Positions 11,265 to 23,659 of a stretch of 64,000 nt of DNA are shown piece after piece; positions within the stretch are counted from its first letter, which is position 1, and each line of letters begins with the position of its first letter. A program made the position numbers and the translations under genes. Location: NCBI GenBank assembly GCA_030264375.1, contig JASCQW010000098.1, positions 33,937,604 through 34,001,603 of the forward strand, read 5' to 3'. The notes beneath the pieces were generated by a model that was given only the letters and a program-made list of their open reading frames with translations, searched no databases and was not told the origin of the DNA. This stretch comes from Carcharhinus longimanus. Its lineage: Eukaryota.

Positions 11265-13489
11265 TATGCATGCAAGATATATCAACCTGCATGGAACCTT
11301 AGAATTGTTTAAGTAGCAGGAAATTGTTTTTTTTAACCTGCCAACACCCTAAATGTTCTGGAAAGCCAGACATTCTCAACTGGCCAACACCAGACCTTGT
11401 GAGAACATTACATTTCACATGAAGTGGAGAAACTGACTATTTGGTGCAATTCTGGAAGCTGCCATTGTCACTGTGAGATTGCCAATTCCAGCAATAATGA
11501 TGTTTAACTGCAGTAAGCAGTATCTTTAACAAGCTGAGGGAGAAAGCAGCCAGGATTTAAGAACCAGGGCAGTTTGAAGTCCCTGAGTTTACAAGGACTG
11601 TGGGTTAGAAATAGGACCACTTCATTCTTGTACCAATCATTTTGGCATAAGATCTCTATGCACACAGTTCCTGCAAATACTAGAGTAGTACATTTTATCA
11701 ACATAAATCTAACCTATCAAGTAAATTACAAATGAAATTGATATAGTACTTGAGGCATTTTACCTTGAAAGGATATTGGTGCAAATCTGAGGGTTTATTG
11801 CAGGAGGATGAAGATTATTTCAGGACTATGTTTTCCCTTGTGCAATGTCCTCTTTTGCTGCCCATATCAATTCCTCAGTTCAGTTGTCATCTACAGAAGT
11901 AGGCCATTCACCTCCTCAAGTTAATTACAACATGGCTGATCAGTATATCAATGCCAATTACCAAATTTTCTTCCATATCCTTTGATACTGTTAACCAAAC
12001 AGTCAATCTTTTCCCTTTTATCCACTTATTCTGGATTCCTTCATGAGAGGAAATGGTTTCTCTTTGAATTTCTCCGAATCATTTATTATTTTAAACACCT
12101 CAATCAGGTCAAATTTCAAATTATTATACTCAAGAGGATACCAGGCAAGTCTTTTCCTTTGGTACAATTCTGTTTCTTATTCTCAGCATTGCAGTTTAGT
12201 TTATGAATGTTATTACTGAAAACAAATCTGTGTAATATACTGAAATTCCAACTTTTCCTCATCCATTCATAACACATGGATGTAGTACAAGACTGATTAG
12301 GTTCTTCACCCATCTATTGGCACAAGCAAGTAATGTTAAAAGAAAGTTGCTTTCCTTGCCTCAAGATGCATTATAAGATGTCAGTAAATTTTACATCCTA
12401 AATTTGAATTCAACCAGGTATGATAGTAAGTGGCCATAAATGTATTATCTGAAGTCTAGTTAATATAATAAAACCTGTCTTACATTTGATTTACAAAGGA
12501 ACTCGTTCCAGAGCTTGGAAATGTCAGAACACACTTCCTTAAGTTAATTGGTTACGTCTCTAATAATTAGCTCAGTTAGTGTTTTTAGTCCACAGTTGGT
12601 GATCACTTACTGCTGGGTTAACTCTCTATTGTAATCTATTGCAATTGTTGCAAAGTGTTCTTAAAGCTCAAGTTGTAAAGTTCAATCTACTGCTGGGAGG
12701 AAAATTAAACTATTGCCAAATATCTGGCCTTAAATTAGCAAATTAACTTTTTGGATCAGGTCTTTGTTTGACTGGTTGACTGTAATAGGTATAGATATAG
12801 TTTTCATGATTTGTCTTCTGTGTGCCAAGAATCTAAAACCAGGATTACTCAGTGTACCATATATATTGTACTTTTATTTGCTTCAATCAAGGATTTCAGT
12901 AACCTAATTCAAATCTCTGAATAATTCACTCGGGCCACTTATTTTAACAACATTCACATTTTTGTATTTGAGAACAGCAGACCTAAACCTTGGAAATAAA
13001 AATAATGAGAATATATTCATCTCACTCTGTTCAATGAAATTCTTTTGTCCACTGTTTTGAATGGAATTTATTTTAAAATAAACAGATTAGCATCTCCAAT
13101 AAATTACAGACACAAGAATCTCAGAGCTGCAATAATTATTCATACAATAACATTATACAGCAAATTGAAGCAAGATAGCATGGGATGGAAGGTAGACCTT
13201 CACTTATTGTAGATATGGAGTACTATCAGAGAAAATGACAGTGCTAATATTGATTTATTTTCAATTCCCCAAAATCACAGACACAGCCTTCACCTTACTC
13301 AGAATCTGTACACCTAAAAAGGTATTAAAAGTATGATTGATCGCTGGATTCAAAAAATGCGCTGTACTGAAATAAAGCCACATGCATTCATCACAGTACC
13401 TTCAATGTACAATTCTCCTCGGTAAGAGAGTTGCTTCAGTCACCAGCACAGAGTGCAATGAAATTCCTTATATGGCTACATCGAATGAC

Positions 13490-15055
13490 ATACAACAATC
13501 TGTATTTATGTAACACCTTTAACTTAATAAAACATCCCATTGTGCTCCACAAGAGTGTTGTAAATTGAATAGTGAGGCACATAAGGTGACATTGGAACAA
13601 ATGGTCAAATCTTCCATTAAAAAAGTAGGTTTGAAAGGTGTGTTTCAAAGGAAGAAAGACAGATAAAGAGCCAGGGAGTTTTAGGGAGAGAATTACAACT
13701 AAGGCAGCTGAAAGCCCAACCATAAAGGCTGGAGCAATTATGATCCAGGGATACTCACGAGGCCAGAATGAGAAAAATGCAAATCTCAGAGAGTTGTGAA
13801 GCTGGAGAAGATTAGAGAGATAGGGAGGGATGAAATCATGGAAGGAATTGCAAACAGTGGTGAAATTTTAAAATTAAAGAATTGCCTGACCAGAAACCAG
13901 TGTAGGCCAATTAAAAGGATTTGAGTACAAGTAAGGACATGGTCATAAGATTTGTACGTGACTTTAAGTTTATGAAGGATAGAATATGGAATATCAGCCA
14001 GGAGTTTGTGAAAATAGTCATACTGAGATAATAAAAGCACGAATGAGGGTTTCAACAGCAAGTGAGCAGAGACATGAAGTCATGCAACGTTGTGTGGAAA
14101 TAGGTGGATCTTAGTGGTGGAGTGAATATATGGTCAGAAATTTATCTCAATCGAACATGACAAAGACTCTGAGCAGTCTGATTTCACCTCAAACTGTTGC
14201 CAGGTAGAAGGCTGGATGGAATAGTTAGACAATTTGGGATGGGGACTGAAAATAATGACTCGGTTTTTTCAATATTTAGTTGGAGGAATTTTCTGCTCAT
14301 CCTATACTGCATGATGAGATGGAGTTGCATGTGGTCAGCTTAGATGTGAAAAATAACAGTGCATTTTTGGATAATATTGCCAAGGGACAGCATGTAGAAG
14401 AGAAATAAAAGGGTGCCAAGGATAGATCCTTAGGGAATACCAGAGGTAATGGTGCAGAAATGGAAAAAGAAGCCATTACAAGTAATATTCTGGCTATGAT
14501 TAGGTAAGAATGGAGCCAAATGAAAGCAGTTTCACCCAGCTGGATGACAGACGGCAGATAGGCAAGGAAAGAAGGTAATGTGGTCAACCACGTCAACGGC
14601 TGCAGTTAGATTGAGAAGGATGCAGAGAGATTACGTACCTTGGTCGCAGTCATGTAGAATGTCATTAGTGACTTTGATAAGACAAGTTTTGGTACCCTGA
14701 CAAGGACAGAAACCTGCTTGAAGATATTCAAACATGGAATTCCCAATAAGATGGACACTGATTTAAAAGGTGAAACACATTCAAAGGCTTTGGAGAGGAA
14801 AGGAAGATTAGGGATGGAGCTATGGTTTGCAAGAATGGGGGGGGGTTCAAAGGTTGATTTTATGAGAAGAGGGGTAATAGCAGGTTTAAAAGAGAGTTAG
14901 ACAATGCCTGAAGAGAGAGAACTTTCAACAATAACAGAGAGCATAAGGACCAGAAGGAAAATAAGCAATTGTTGAGTAGGACTAAGCAAGCTAGGCGTGG
15001 ATCTCATGGGCAAGATAATATCAGAGGGCATAAAGGGAGATGGGAGAGAAAGTAA
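13490..15055 (-). mobile_element. L2-clade LINE fragment
   Basis: Degraded RT: minus-strand ggtattccctaaggatctatccttggcacccttttattt (GVPQGSILGPLLF-like); L2-like 3' end near 13490-13550. Confidence 0.7.
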
Positions 15056-15246
15056 TAATGTTAGTGTACCTTTAAGAATTTTTTTTTAAAATCATGTTCT
15101 CTGCAGCTATAACCAGTTTTGATTTTATTGTTGCTGGGCCAACTGCTAGAGATCCTTTTATTGCTCCTTCAGTGGTTTAAATGGTGTTTATTATTTTCAC
15201 TCTGGGATTTTTTTAATGACCCTGCGTTTTTAGGAGGAGGATTCTC

Positions 15247-15324
15247 TTATTGAATGGCGGGGCAGGCTCGAAGGGCTAGATGGCCTACTCCTGCTCCTAT
15301 TTCTTATGTTCTTATGTTCTTATG
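15247..15324 (+). mobile_element. Short young CR1 3' tail
   Basis: Nearly identical to 1283-1350 and 26120-26192. Confidence 0.8.
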
Positions 15325-15384
15325 TGTTTTTGGACAGATTTTGTTCCTTCTGGGTGAATTTGAGGTTTCATTTTCTGGCGGGCT

Positions 15385-15873
15385 TCATGGGCTTCGTTCA
15401 TGACCCTTTGTGATTTCTTGGATAGAGCAGGGGCCATAGCAAGCTATGATACAACCAAAAAGAATGCTTCCTATGGTGCATCTGTAAACTTCGGTGAAAA
15501 TCATAGTCAACATACCAAATTTCCTTCGTCTTCTAAGAAAGTAGAGGCATTGGTGGGCTTTCTTAACTATAGTGTTGGCATGGGGGAACCAGGACAGGTT
15601 GTTGGTGATCTGGACACCTAAAATCTTGAAGCTCTTGACCATTTCTACTCTGTCCCCATTGATGTTGATAGGGGTATGCTCTCCAGTACACATCCTGAAG
15701 TCGATGACTATCTTCTTCATTTTGTTGACACTGAGGGAGAGATCATTTTATCGCGCCAGTTCACCAGATTCTCTATCTCATTCCTGTACCCCATCTTGTC
15801 ATTGTTTGAGATCCAACTCATTATGGTGGTGTCATCAGCAAACTTGAAAATCAAATTAGAGAGGAGTTTGGCC
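15385..15873 (-). mobile_element. Rex1/Babar-clade LINE RT fragment
   Basis: KIVIDFR..GEHTPININGDRVEMVKSFKILGVQITNNLSW..HANTIVKKAHQCLYFLRR. Confidence 0.8.
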
Positions 15874-15875
15874 TA

Positions 15876-16660
15876 TTGAGCCTGCTGCACAGTTTGTTTT
15901 AACCCTTATATAATGGACAAAAAATTGTGAGTAGACTTCTTGTTAGTACAACAATATTTATTTAAACACATAATCAATAATCATCCACCCAAACAACAAT
16001 AAGTTATCTTACAAAAATACTAAAGTTTAAGTTCAATACTTAACTTTGCATGACTGACAAATACCCAGGCAGATATTGGCCTTTATCTGTGAGCTAGTTT
16101 CTGTAGGCCTCTGCGTAGCCTGATCCTTTGGTCTGACCTGACACTCTGGGTCTGATCTTCCTTCCTTCTCGGGTGTGGCGGCTCTCCTTGTGCTGGTCAT
16201 TGCTGGTGATGGTCACCGTTATTGTAGCTCTTTGTGGGGTCAGAAAGAGAGAGACAGAGATTCTTGGTTGTGTAGCACCCTTTATAACCCATTGGGTTTC
16301 GTGCTTCTTTTGGCCATTGCCAATCAATCGATCAGGACTTGATCACCCTGATTGATAAAGTCCAATCAGATGCTGCCACACCAATCCCTGGGTGTGTCCC
16401 CAACGGCCATGTCTGTAAATGCTGGGGGCACGTAGGGCTTACACTTCCCTCCCAAATAAGGGGTTAAGGTTCCCCTATGTGTGGCAAACAATGCAGATTG
16501 ACCAGAAAGTCCAGAAATGGCCCAGATCCTGTGTATTCAGTCACCTGAGCTGCAGCCTGTTTTTCTCTATCTTTTAGGCTGCAGCCTGCTGTTTTAGTTT
16601 TTGCCCAATTGTCCCAGAGTGCTTTATAAATCACCATTTTAGGTGGTCCATTTGGCCACA
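15876..16660 (-). repeat. 3' LTR of the ERV-like element
   Basis: Minus strand begins TGTGGCCA directly after PPT AAAAGGAGGGAC (16661-16672); CCAAT motifs ~16290-16385, TATAAA ~16281-16286, AATAAA ~15957-15962; distal end uncertain (15876-15941). Confidence 0.7.
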
Positions 16661-17039
16661 GTCCCTCCTTTTGATCCTGAACACGAAATGTGATGGATCA
16701 CAAACTCAGGACCAATATCTGTCAGGAATTTCCCAGTCACTCACCAGTCAAGCAAGGCCCAGGCATTGGCACATATGGTAATAACAAATCTTTATAACAT
16801 ATTTATATCCCTGAAGCTACAGACAGCAATACTCTACAAATACAAACAACCAAATATTCTAAACACAATAATTACAATAAGTTAATTACAAACCAAAATA
16901 TTCAAACAGACATTACAATAAAGTATTTGTGAATCTGAGGCACATTTCAATAGTAGGATTTCCAACTCTTCATTTGTACAAATCACAAAATAGCAGGCTT
17001 CCTGTAAACATTATTCTACCGAATTAGAGGGGATCGTGG

Positions 17040-17690
17040 TTCAAGGGCAAACCCTACGTTCTGCCTCTAGGTGATCCTCTTTTTCCATCAGCTGAATTGG
17101 ACTGTGAGGATGATTAGATACACCAGGGTGAACAAAATCGATAATACTACCAGATGTGACATTATGCAAACAAATAGGTGGATTTGGACGTTTGAGCCAC
17201 AGTTCCAAAGATCATTCCACCAAGAGGTGACTTTAATGTCTTTAATTCCCCTTTTCACTTCTTGGATTTGTTGCATTACTTTGGTGAAGATTCTGTGAGC
17301 TGTAGTCAATTTTATTCAAATCTGGTTCAACTCCTCCGGTAGGGGTTTTAGGCTTGTGTCATATTTAATCCCCACCAATCCCCTGCTCCAGTGACACTTA
17401 GATAACATTCAGTTAAACTGCTATTTGTTTTTTTGCATATTAACCACTGGTTGTTACACCCAAACATACTGTTATCGGGATGCACCCATAACACACCATC
17501 CTCACATTCCTCTGCATCAAATGGGGCAAACCATAAATAACCGGGATACCAAAAGTTCGTCTTGCTTGGGATGTCCTGCGTGCTTATTCTGATGATGAGT
17601 CTGAAGGGGTAGATCGTAGGTTGCATCTTTGTTGTTATCCGTCGTTGTTCTGAGGAAATCAGTGTAATTTCTGCTGTATTCACTTCTAAT
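17040..17690 (-). pseudogene. env-like membrane glycoprotein remnant
   Basis: Cys-rich ectodomain piece (EECEDG...FGCNNQWLICKKTNSSLTEC, with an N-S-S sequon), heptad-like PLPEELNQI*IKLTTAHRIFTKVMQQIQEVKRGIKDI, Trp-rich SWWNDLWN, hydrophobic TM SHLVVLSILFTLVYLIILTV, basic WKKR after a stop. Confidence 0.65.
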
Positions 17691-17700
17691 ACTTGATGTA

Positions 17701-18371
17701 CAGTGCAGCCCTGTTATAAAGCGATGGTTGGGGTCCTTAAAATGTTATCGCGATAAAAGCGGGGTCTCGCTAAATCAGGGTTCAAGAAAATCAGCGTTCA
17801 ATGTGACCCAATGTTGACCTAACATCCTAAAACACTCCTACTATCACCCTATTGTATATATTTTTGACAGTTTATAATAGTTTTATAACAAGTGACAGCT
17901 TCTTGTTCTGGTGCTGTGTGAATGACCACAAGGATTTCACTTGATAGGTTTTAAACTTCTTGCATCGTACATTAATATATCAATATTAATATATTAATAT
18001 AGTAATGTGTCTTCATTCAGTTAAACAATAAAAATAGCAAAACATATTAAGCTTGTTTCCTGAGTTTTCTAAACTCCTATTAACAGCCGTCTCTTGCGCC
18101 TATCATTATTGTGCTTATCATACTGTCTGTCAGACAGTATGAGAGAACCTGGAAACCCTCACCTCTCCCACATTGCAGTTCAAATTGCTGTGTCCTCATT
18201 TAACTGCCTATATGTCAGGTCCAATATCATAGTTGTAAGCACTGGGATTAGTCTTCATAAAGGAACAAGATTAATTTTTAGTAAAGCTTTTTAATAAAAT
18301 GGGTCCAATGATTCATCGCGTTATATCCGAATTCGCGCTAAATTGGGGTGTGTAAAATTGGGGTTTCACTG
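17701..18371. mobile_element. pogo/Tigger-like (Tc1-mariner) MITE inside the ERV-like element
   Basis: TA|CAGTGCAGCCCTG ... GGGGTTTCACTG|TA: imperfect TIRs with TA on both sides; subterminal gggtcc..atcgcg motif repeated at both ends. Confidence 0.75.
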
Positions 18372-18722
18372 TATATACATGTATTTAAACTGTCCATGCC
18401 CCCCCCCCCCCTCTTTTCTTTTAAACACTATCAACAGTGGTGTGGTCAGGAGGACCCGGATATATTGATTGTTGCTTGTATGTCATAGTTTTTTAAATTC
18501 TAACTGCGAAACACAGCTGAGCAAATTTTTCAACCACTTTGATAAATGGCTGAGTCATGGAGTGGTTGGAAAAGAGCTTGTTTAACTGGCCAGCAAAATC
18601 AAGGTGGCCTGTTTTATTCTAGNNNNNNNNNNNNNNNNNNNNNNNNNNNNNNNNNNNNNNNNNNNNNNNNNNNNNNNNNNNNNNNNNNNNNNNNNNNNNN
18701 NNNNNNNNNNNNNNNNNNNNNN

Positions 18723-19572
18723 CTTGGATCCCATGCCCCCTCACTTTCTCAATAAGCCTTGCATGGGGGACCTTATCGAATGCCTTGCTGAAGTCCATAG
18801 AAACACATCCACCGCTCTTCCTTTGTCAATGTGTTCAGTCACATTTTCAAAAAACTCAACCAGGCTCGTAAGACATGATCTGCCTTCAACAAAACCGTGC
18901 TGACTACTTTTAATCATACTATACTTCTCTAAATGTTCACAAATCCTGTCTCTCAGGATCTTTTCCATCAACCTACCAACCAGCGAGGTTAGACTTACCG
19001 GTCGATAATTTCCTGGGCTATCTCTATTCCCTTTCTTAATATAGGAACCACATCCGCAATCCTCCAATTCTCTGGAACCTCTCCCATCTTCATCAGTGAT
19101 GCAAAGATCATCTCCAGAGGCTCTGCAATCTCTTCCCTTGTCTCCCACAGTAACTTGGGGTACATCCCATCCGGTCCCGGCGACTTATCTATCTTGATGC
19201 TATTCAAAAGCTGCAACACATCCTCTTTCTTAATGTCCACACACTCATGCTTTTCAGCCCACCACAAGCCTGCACTACAACCATCAAGATCTTTTTCCAC
19301 CGTGAATACCGAAGTATTCATTGAGCACCTCTGCTATTTCTACCGATACTATACAAACTTTCCCACCGTCACATTTTATAGGCCCTGTTCCTTCACATCT
19401 CATCCTTTTACTCTTCACATATTTGTAGAATGCCTTAGGGTTTTCCTTAATCTTACCTGGCAAAGCCTTCTCATGATCCCTTCTGGCTCTCCTAATTTCC
19501 GTCTTAAGTTCCTTCCTACAAGTCGTATACTCCTCTAGATCCCTAACATTACCTAGCTCCCTGAACCTTATC
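18723..19572 (-). mobile_element. CR1-type LINE ORF2 fragment inside the ERV-like element
   Basis: IKENPKAFYKYVKSKR, DKSPGPDGMYPKLL, PGNYRPVSLTSLVGRLMEKILRDRI, SQHGFVEGRSCLTSLVEFFE. Confidence 0.9.
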
Positions 19573-19574
19573 AT

Positions 19575-20050
19575 TTAATCTAGCCTGATCTAATTCCCAA
19601 TATACTCCCGTGAAGTGGATCCATAAACAACCAGCAAAGGCAATTGGATTTCCCCTTTCCTCTACCTACATTTATTTAACCTAACTACAGAATCCCTTTA
19701 TTAAATCCTACCATGGTCAATATCGCTTTCTTAATTTCTTTTTTGGTTCCTTCCCTGACATTTTGAAGGGCTGTCAGGGCTGTCAGTACAGATTTGCTTT
19801 AGCACATGACTATCAGTTGCACCTCTTTCCCTTTCATCTAGCCCAGGCATTATCTTTTGCTGCCTGAAGGAAACTGTACGGATCAGCCGATAGCACAAAG
19901 GCTGTGATTCTATTTGCGATCTCAGCCAGTTATGCCACTGTAAATGGGGTCGTGTATGTAACAGCTGGGCCCTGAGACTCTCCTACCCAATGTTCAGTTG
20001 TCACTGGGTGCATCAGTACTGGAGGTGAAACTGGGGGCGCAGTGGCTATG
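19575..20050 (-). pseudogene. gag (capsid) remnant
   Basis: YTTPFTVA*LAEIANRITAF...PGLDERE...EIKKAILTMVGFNKG..VVRLNKCR*RKGE/NPIAFAGCLWIHF, a Q-x-x-x-E-x-P-x-x-F-x-x-R-L major-homology-region-like motif with frameshifts. Confidence 0.65.
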
Positions 20051-20711
20051 ACTTACCTTGGGAAAGATGGTGGTGGACCCCAAGCCTTAGCTTGCGTAAC
20101 ATAAAGTTTTAGCATTTTCCTTTAACTCTCCCCAATCTGCATGCTCCAGATGATGAAATTCAGCCTACAATGCAGGCCAATGTAAGGTACAAGAATCTCT
20201 GATAGAAGCACCCACTCAAAATCCCTCAACCTGCAGGTCCACTGTGACCAACCAACAGTAAGGTGGCAACGTTAAGTACAACCAACTCATTCCGATCCAT
20301 CTGTATACTGCTGGTATGATTAGCCGGGTTATCTTACACAGTCACGGGTGTATAAGGAATATAGTAGGGGGCAAGGACAAAGCTTTGTGGGGCATATGTA
20401 TGACTGTCACAACATGCTCCTGCAATTACTTTGACACTATATGCAGTATGAAGTGGGGATGTGTCATGGCCCCTGCGTTCTTCAGAATGTTATTTGTGAT
20501 CTTCTAATATAACTGTCAATGATATAATTTTGAAGGCTATAAATAACTTCACATATCTTGGAAGTACAATCTCTCAAAATATCTGCATTGACAGCAATGA
20601 ATTGCCAGAACAAGCTTAGCATTTACCCACTTACATAAGAGTCTGTGAGAAAACAAAGCACCAATCTTACAACAAAACTTGCTGTGTACAAAGCTCTTGT
20701 CATATATACTA

Positions 20712-21010
20712 TCAATCCAGAACTCAGCTAATGTTCTGGGGTCCTGGGTTCAATTCTCACCACAGCAGATATTGAAATTTGAGTTCAATAAAAAAAAATC
20801 TGGAATTCAGAACCTACTGATGACCATTGTCGATAGTTGTAAAAACGCATCTGATTCATTAATATCTTGAGGGAAGGAAATCTGCCTTCCTTACTTAGTC
20901 TGGCCTACATGTGACTCCAGAGCCACAGAAATCTGGTCGACTCACAACTGGGGATGAGCAATAAATGCTGGCCTGTCAGTGATGCTCATATCCCATCAAT
21001 AAATAAAAGT
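20712..21010 (+). mobile_element. tRNA-derived SINE with LINE-type gcaataaatgctggcc tail
   Basis: Head ctgggttcaattc, body gggaaggaaatctgcc..tctggcctacatgtgactccag (related copy ~24853-25300); tail shared with the LINE at 32410-34015. Confidence 0.7.
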
Positions 21011-21180
21011 ATTTTATACTTTTATAAGTGGCTACTTACTCCAGACCTATTAAGCAAATGCATGTTCCAGGTGAGATGTAGCCAGAACATTGAGTGCCTC
21101 AAAAGAGAGGACAAAGTGCTCAACACCGAGGTAATTCAAACAAATACCTGGAATCGAAGCACATCATCATCATAAATTTG

Positions 21181-21492
21181 GGGCTGCATGGTGGCACAGT
21201 GGTTAGCACTGCAGCCTCACAGCACTAGGGACCTGGGTTTGATTCCAGCCTCGGGTCACTGTCTGTGTGGAGTTTGCACATTCTCCCTCTGTTTGCGTGG
21301 GTTGCCTTCAGATGCTCTGGTTTCCAACCATAGTCCAAAGATGTGTGGTTGATTGACCATGTTAAATTGACCATAGTGTTAGGAGGGTTAGCAGGGTAAA
21401 TATGTGGGGTCAGGGGAATAGGGTCTGGGTGAGATTGTGGTTGGTACAGGCTTGGTGGGCTGAATGGCCTCCTTCTGCACTGTATGAATTCT
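21181..21492 (+). mobile_element. HE1-type V-SINE
   Basis: ggtggcacagtggttagcactgc...gggttt...tgtgtggagtttgcacattctccc...ggcctccttctgcactgta. Confidence 0.9.
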
Positions 21493-22689
21493 AAGAGCTC
21501 AGGCCAATGGAGTGGACATGTAGGATGTATAACTTAAAATCATGAAGGCAGGCATGCATTCACAACTTAATCTTGGACACCGGCTGTGAAATAGACCAAG
21601 GTAAAGGTGCCAGAATTCTTTGAAGGCAAACCTCAGAAAATGAGCTGTATTCATCATGGACGAGGAGAAAATTGCATATCTCCTGCGCAATCTCAAGTAT
21701 GGTACTGATTCCTTCAAACAGCAAAGAATATGGACAAGCTTCAACCAGACAGTCCTGACAAAATCAGACTATTCTTTTCTCCATCATGGATAGCCATGCA
21801 GATCTGATATCAGGCTCTGCAACCAATTTAGAATGCATAACTATGCACACAAGAAATGGCCATTTTTGATTGCAAAAGGAAACTGGAGAGAGAACTGAGT
21901 TTTTGAAACTGGCTATGTTCATAAAAATAACTTCAATGCAGACATTTGCCAGGTAGCTTTATCCCTTTCATTGTTGCCAGAATTTCAAGTATCACATCTG
22001 GAAGTCCTCAACACATCGCTTCAAAGTGAAATGGAGATCAAAAGCATTTAAATTATGAAAAGGTAGGAGCTATATTGATAACCATTATCCTCATGGAGAG
22101 TAAACTGACTTCCCATTAATATGAAAAATTATAGCTACTTGGAGGGTGAATCGGCAATGATTTAAGATACTGTCATCCTCACATTCCCCTTTTGACAATG
22201 GTAACACCAGCCTAAGGCATGGAGTTGCCATCCTTCCATAGCTGCAGGCCCTCTGATTGGGCCTACAGCCTCAGGGACATACATACCAACCTTAATTGGC
22301 CACCTCCAGGATGAATTCTCAGGTGGGCGCCCTGACAGAGTAGAATAAGGAACTAGAAATGATCCTAGCTCATGCTTATATCCGAAGGACAGAAGATCCT
22401 GCCCAGAGGAGTGCTGGGACAGGAAACAGCACTTAGAAGGCAGGCACGAAAGGAAATGTAAATGGATGATGAATTGACTTTTGTAGGGAATATTGGATGG
22501 TTTATTTGATACATTTGCTTTGGAATGATTGTTTTGTGGTGACTTAATTTCAGTGTAGTGACTAAAAGAATGCTGTAATGATCAGTGATAGGGGGAAAGT
22601 GTGGGGCTGTAGACACATGAAAATTGGAGTTGGTTTCCACAGTCAGATGAGCCGATCATGGAGATCCTGGCAAGCAATGAGATGTACTG

Positions 22690-23260
22690 GTTGCCTTCTC
22701 CCTTCCTCCAGCTTCTCCTTTTCCTCTTTCCGAATGCTCAACAGATAACAGGTAACAAGGAATCTGCCTATTGAATGGCATAGCAATTATCCCACAATGA
22801 ATTGTGGTTTCCTCCCACACTCAAAAGATGTGTGGGTTAGGTTTATTGGCCATGATAAATTGCTCTTTAGTGTCAGGGGGATTAGCAGGGCAAATGTGTG
22901 GGATTATGGGGATAGGGCCTGAGTGGGATTGTTGCCAATGCAGGCTCAATGGGTCAAATGTCCTTACTCTGCACTGGAGGGATTATATGACACTTCTTCC
23001 AGAGCGATCCAGGCAGCTTGGTGATGTTTTGTGGGACAGCTTGTCTCTCATTATAATCATGTTGCCCATACGTGTCAGTTGTGCACTGGAGTCAAGAGCC
23101 AGATGATCAAAACCTATTACGCAGCAGGCATTCTCTGGCTTGACATGGTTGGTCAAATGGTGATGGTCCTACAAACTGAGGCAAAGAATAGGCATTGCCA
23201 TTACTGCCAATAATAACAAGCATTCACCAGTATGACATACTGGGCACCTATTGCATATTC
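22690..23260 (-). mobile_element. PIF/Harbinger transposase C-terminal fossil, split by an HE1 fragment (22804-22988)
   Basis: Minus strand WLLTPVHN, YGQHDYNERQAVPQNI, CLDRSG, then an acidic tail. Confidence 0.65.
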
Positions 23261-23659
23261 CTCTAAATCACAGTTGTGGTTCACGTCTGCACTTAGATGC
23301 TGAGCACCTAAATATATGCAATGGAAAGTACCTTCCAAAATGAGGAAGACCACTATTCTGCAATTATTTTTCTAATGTGCAGTCTGCCTGCCACTCTCTA
23401 GCCAAAGAAAATGCTTTGCACTTTCCTCTTATGGCATAGAAAAAGAAAAAGATGGGTCAAACTCCAGGAATTTCTGTCCTAACAGTAGTGTGCATTTAAC
23501 TACTAGAGTGCAGCAGTTCAAAAAGGCAGTCCATCGCCACCTTCTCAAGGGCAGTTAGGAATGGGAAATCAATTCTGGCTGAGCTAGTGAAGTCCACATG
23601 AATGAATACCAAAAATAAACAAGAAGCACCAGGCACTTGTGTAGCAGTGGATGGCCAGT

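Larger units (their letters stand above)
15876..20110 (-). mobile_element. Decayed env-bearing LTR retroelement / endogenous retrovirus-like element with internal deletions
   Basis: Minus-strand order gag, possible integrase C-terminal remnant, env-like, PPT, LTR; no 5' LTR recognised. Confidence 0.7.
20440..21850 (+). mobile_element. RTE-clade LINE fossil interrupted by two SINEs
   Basis: MKWGCVMAPAFF (GVKQGCVLAP-like), NNFTYLGSTISQN, TKLAVYKALV, EDKVLNTEVI, AQ..WSGHV. Confidence 0.7.
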
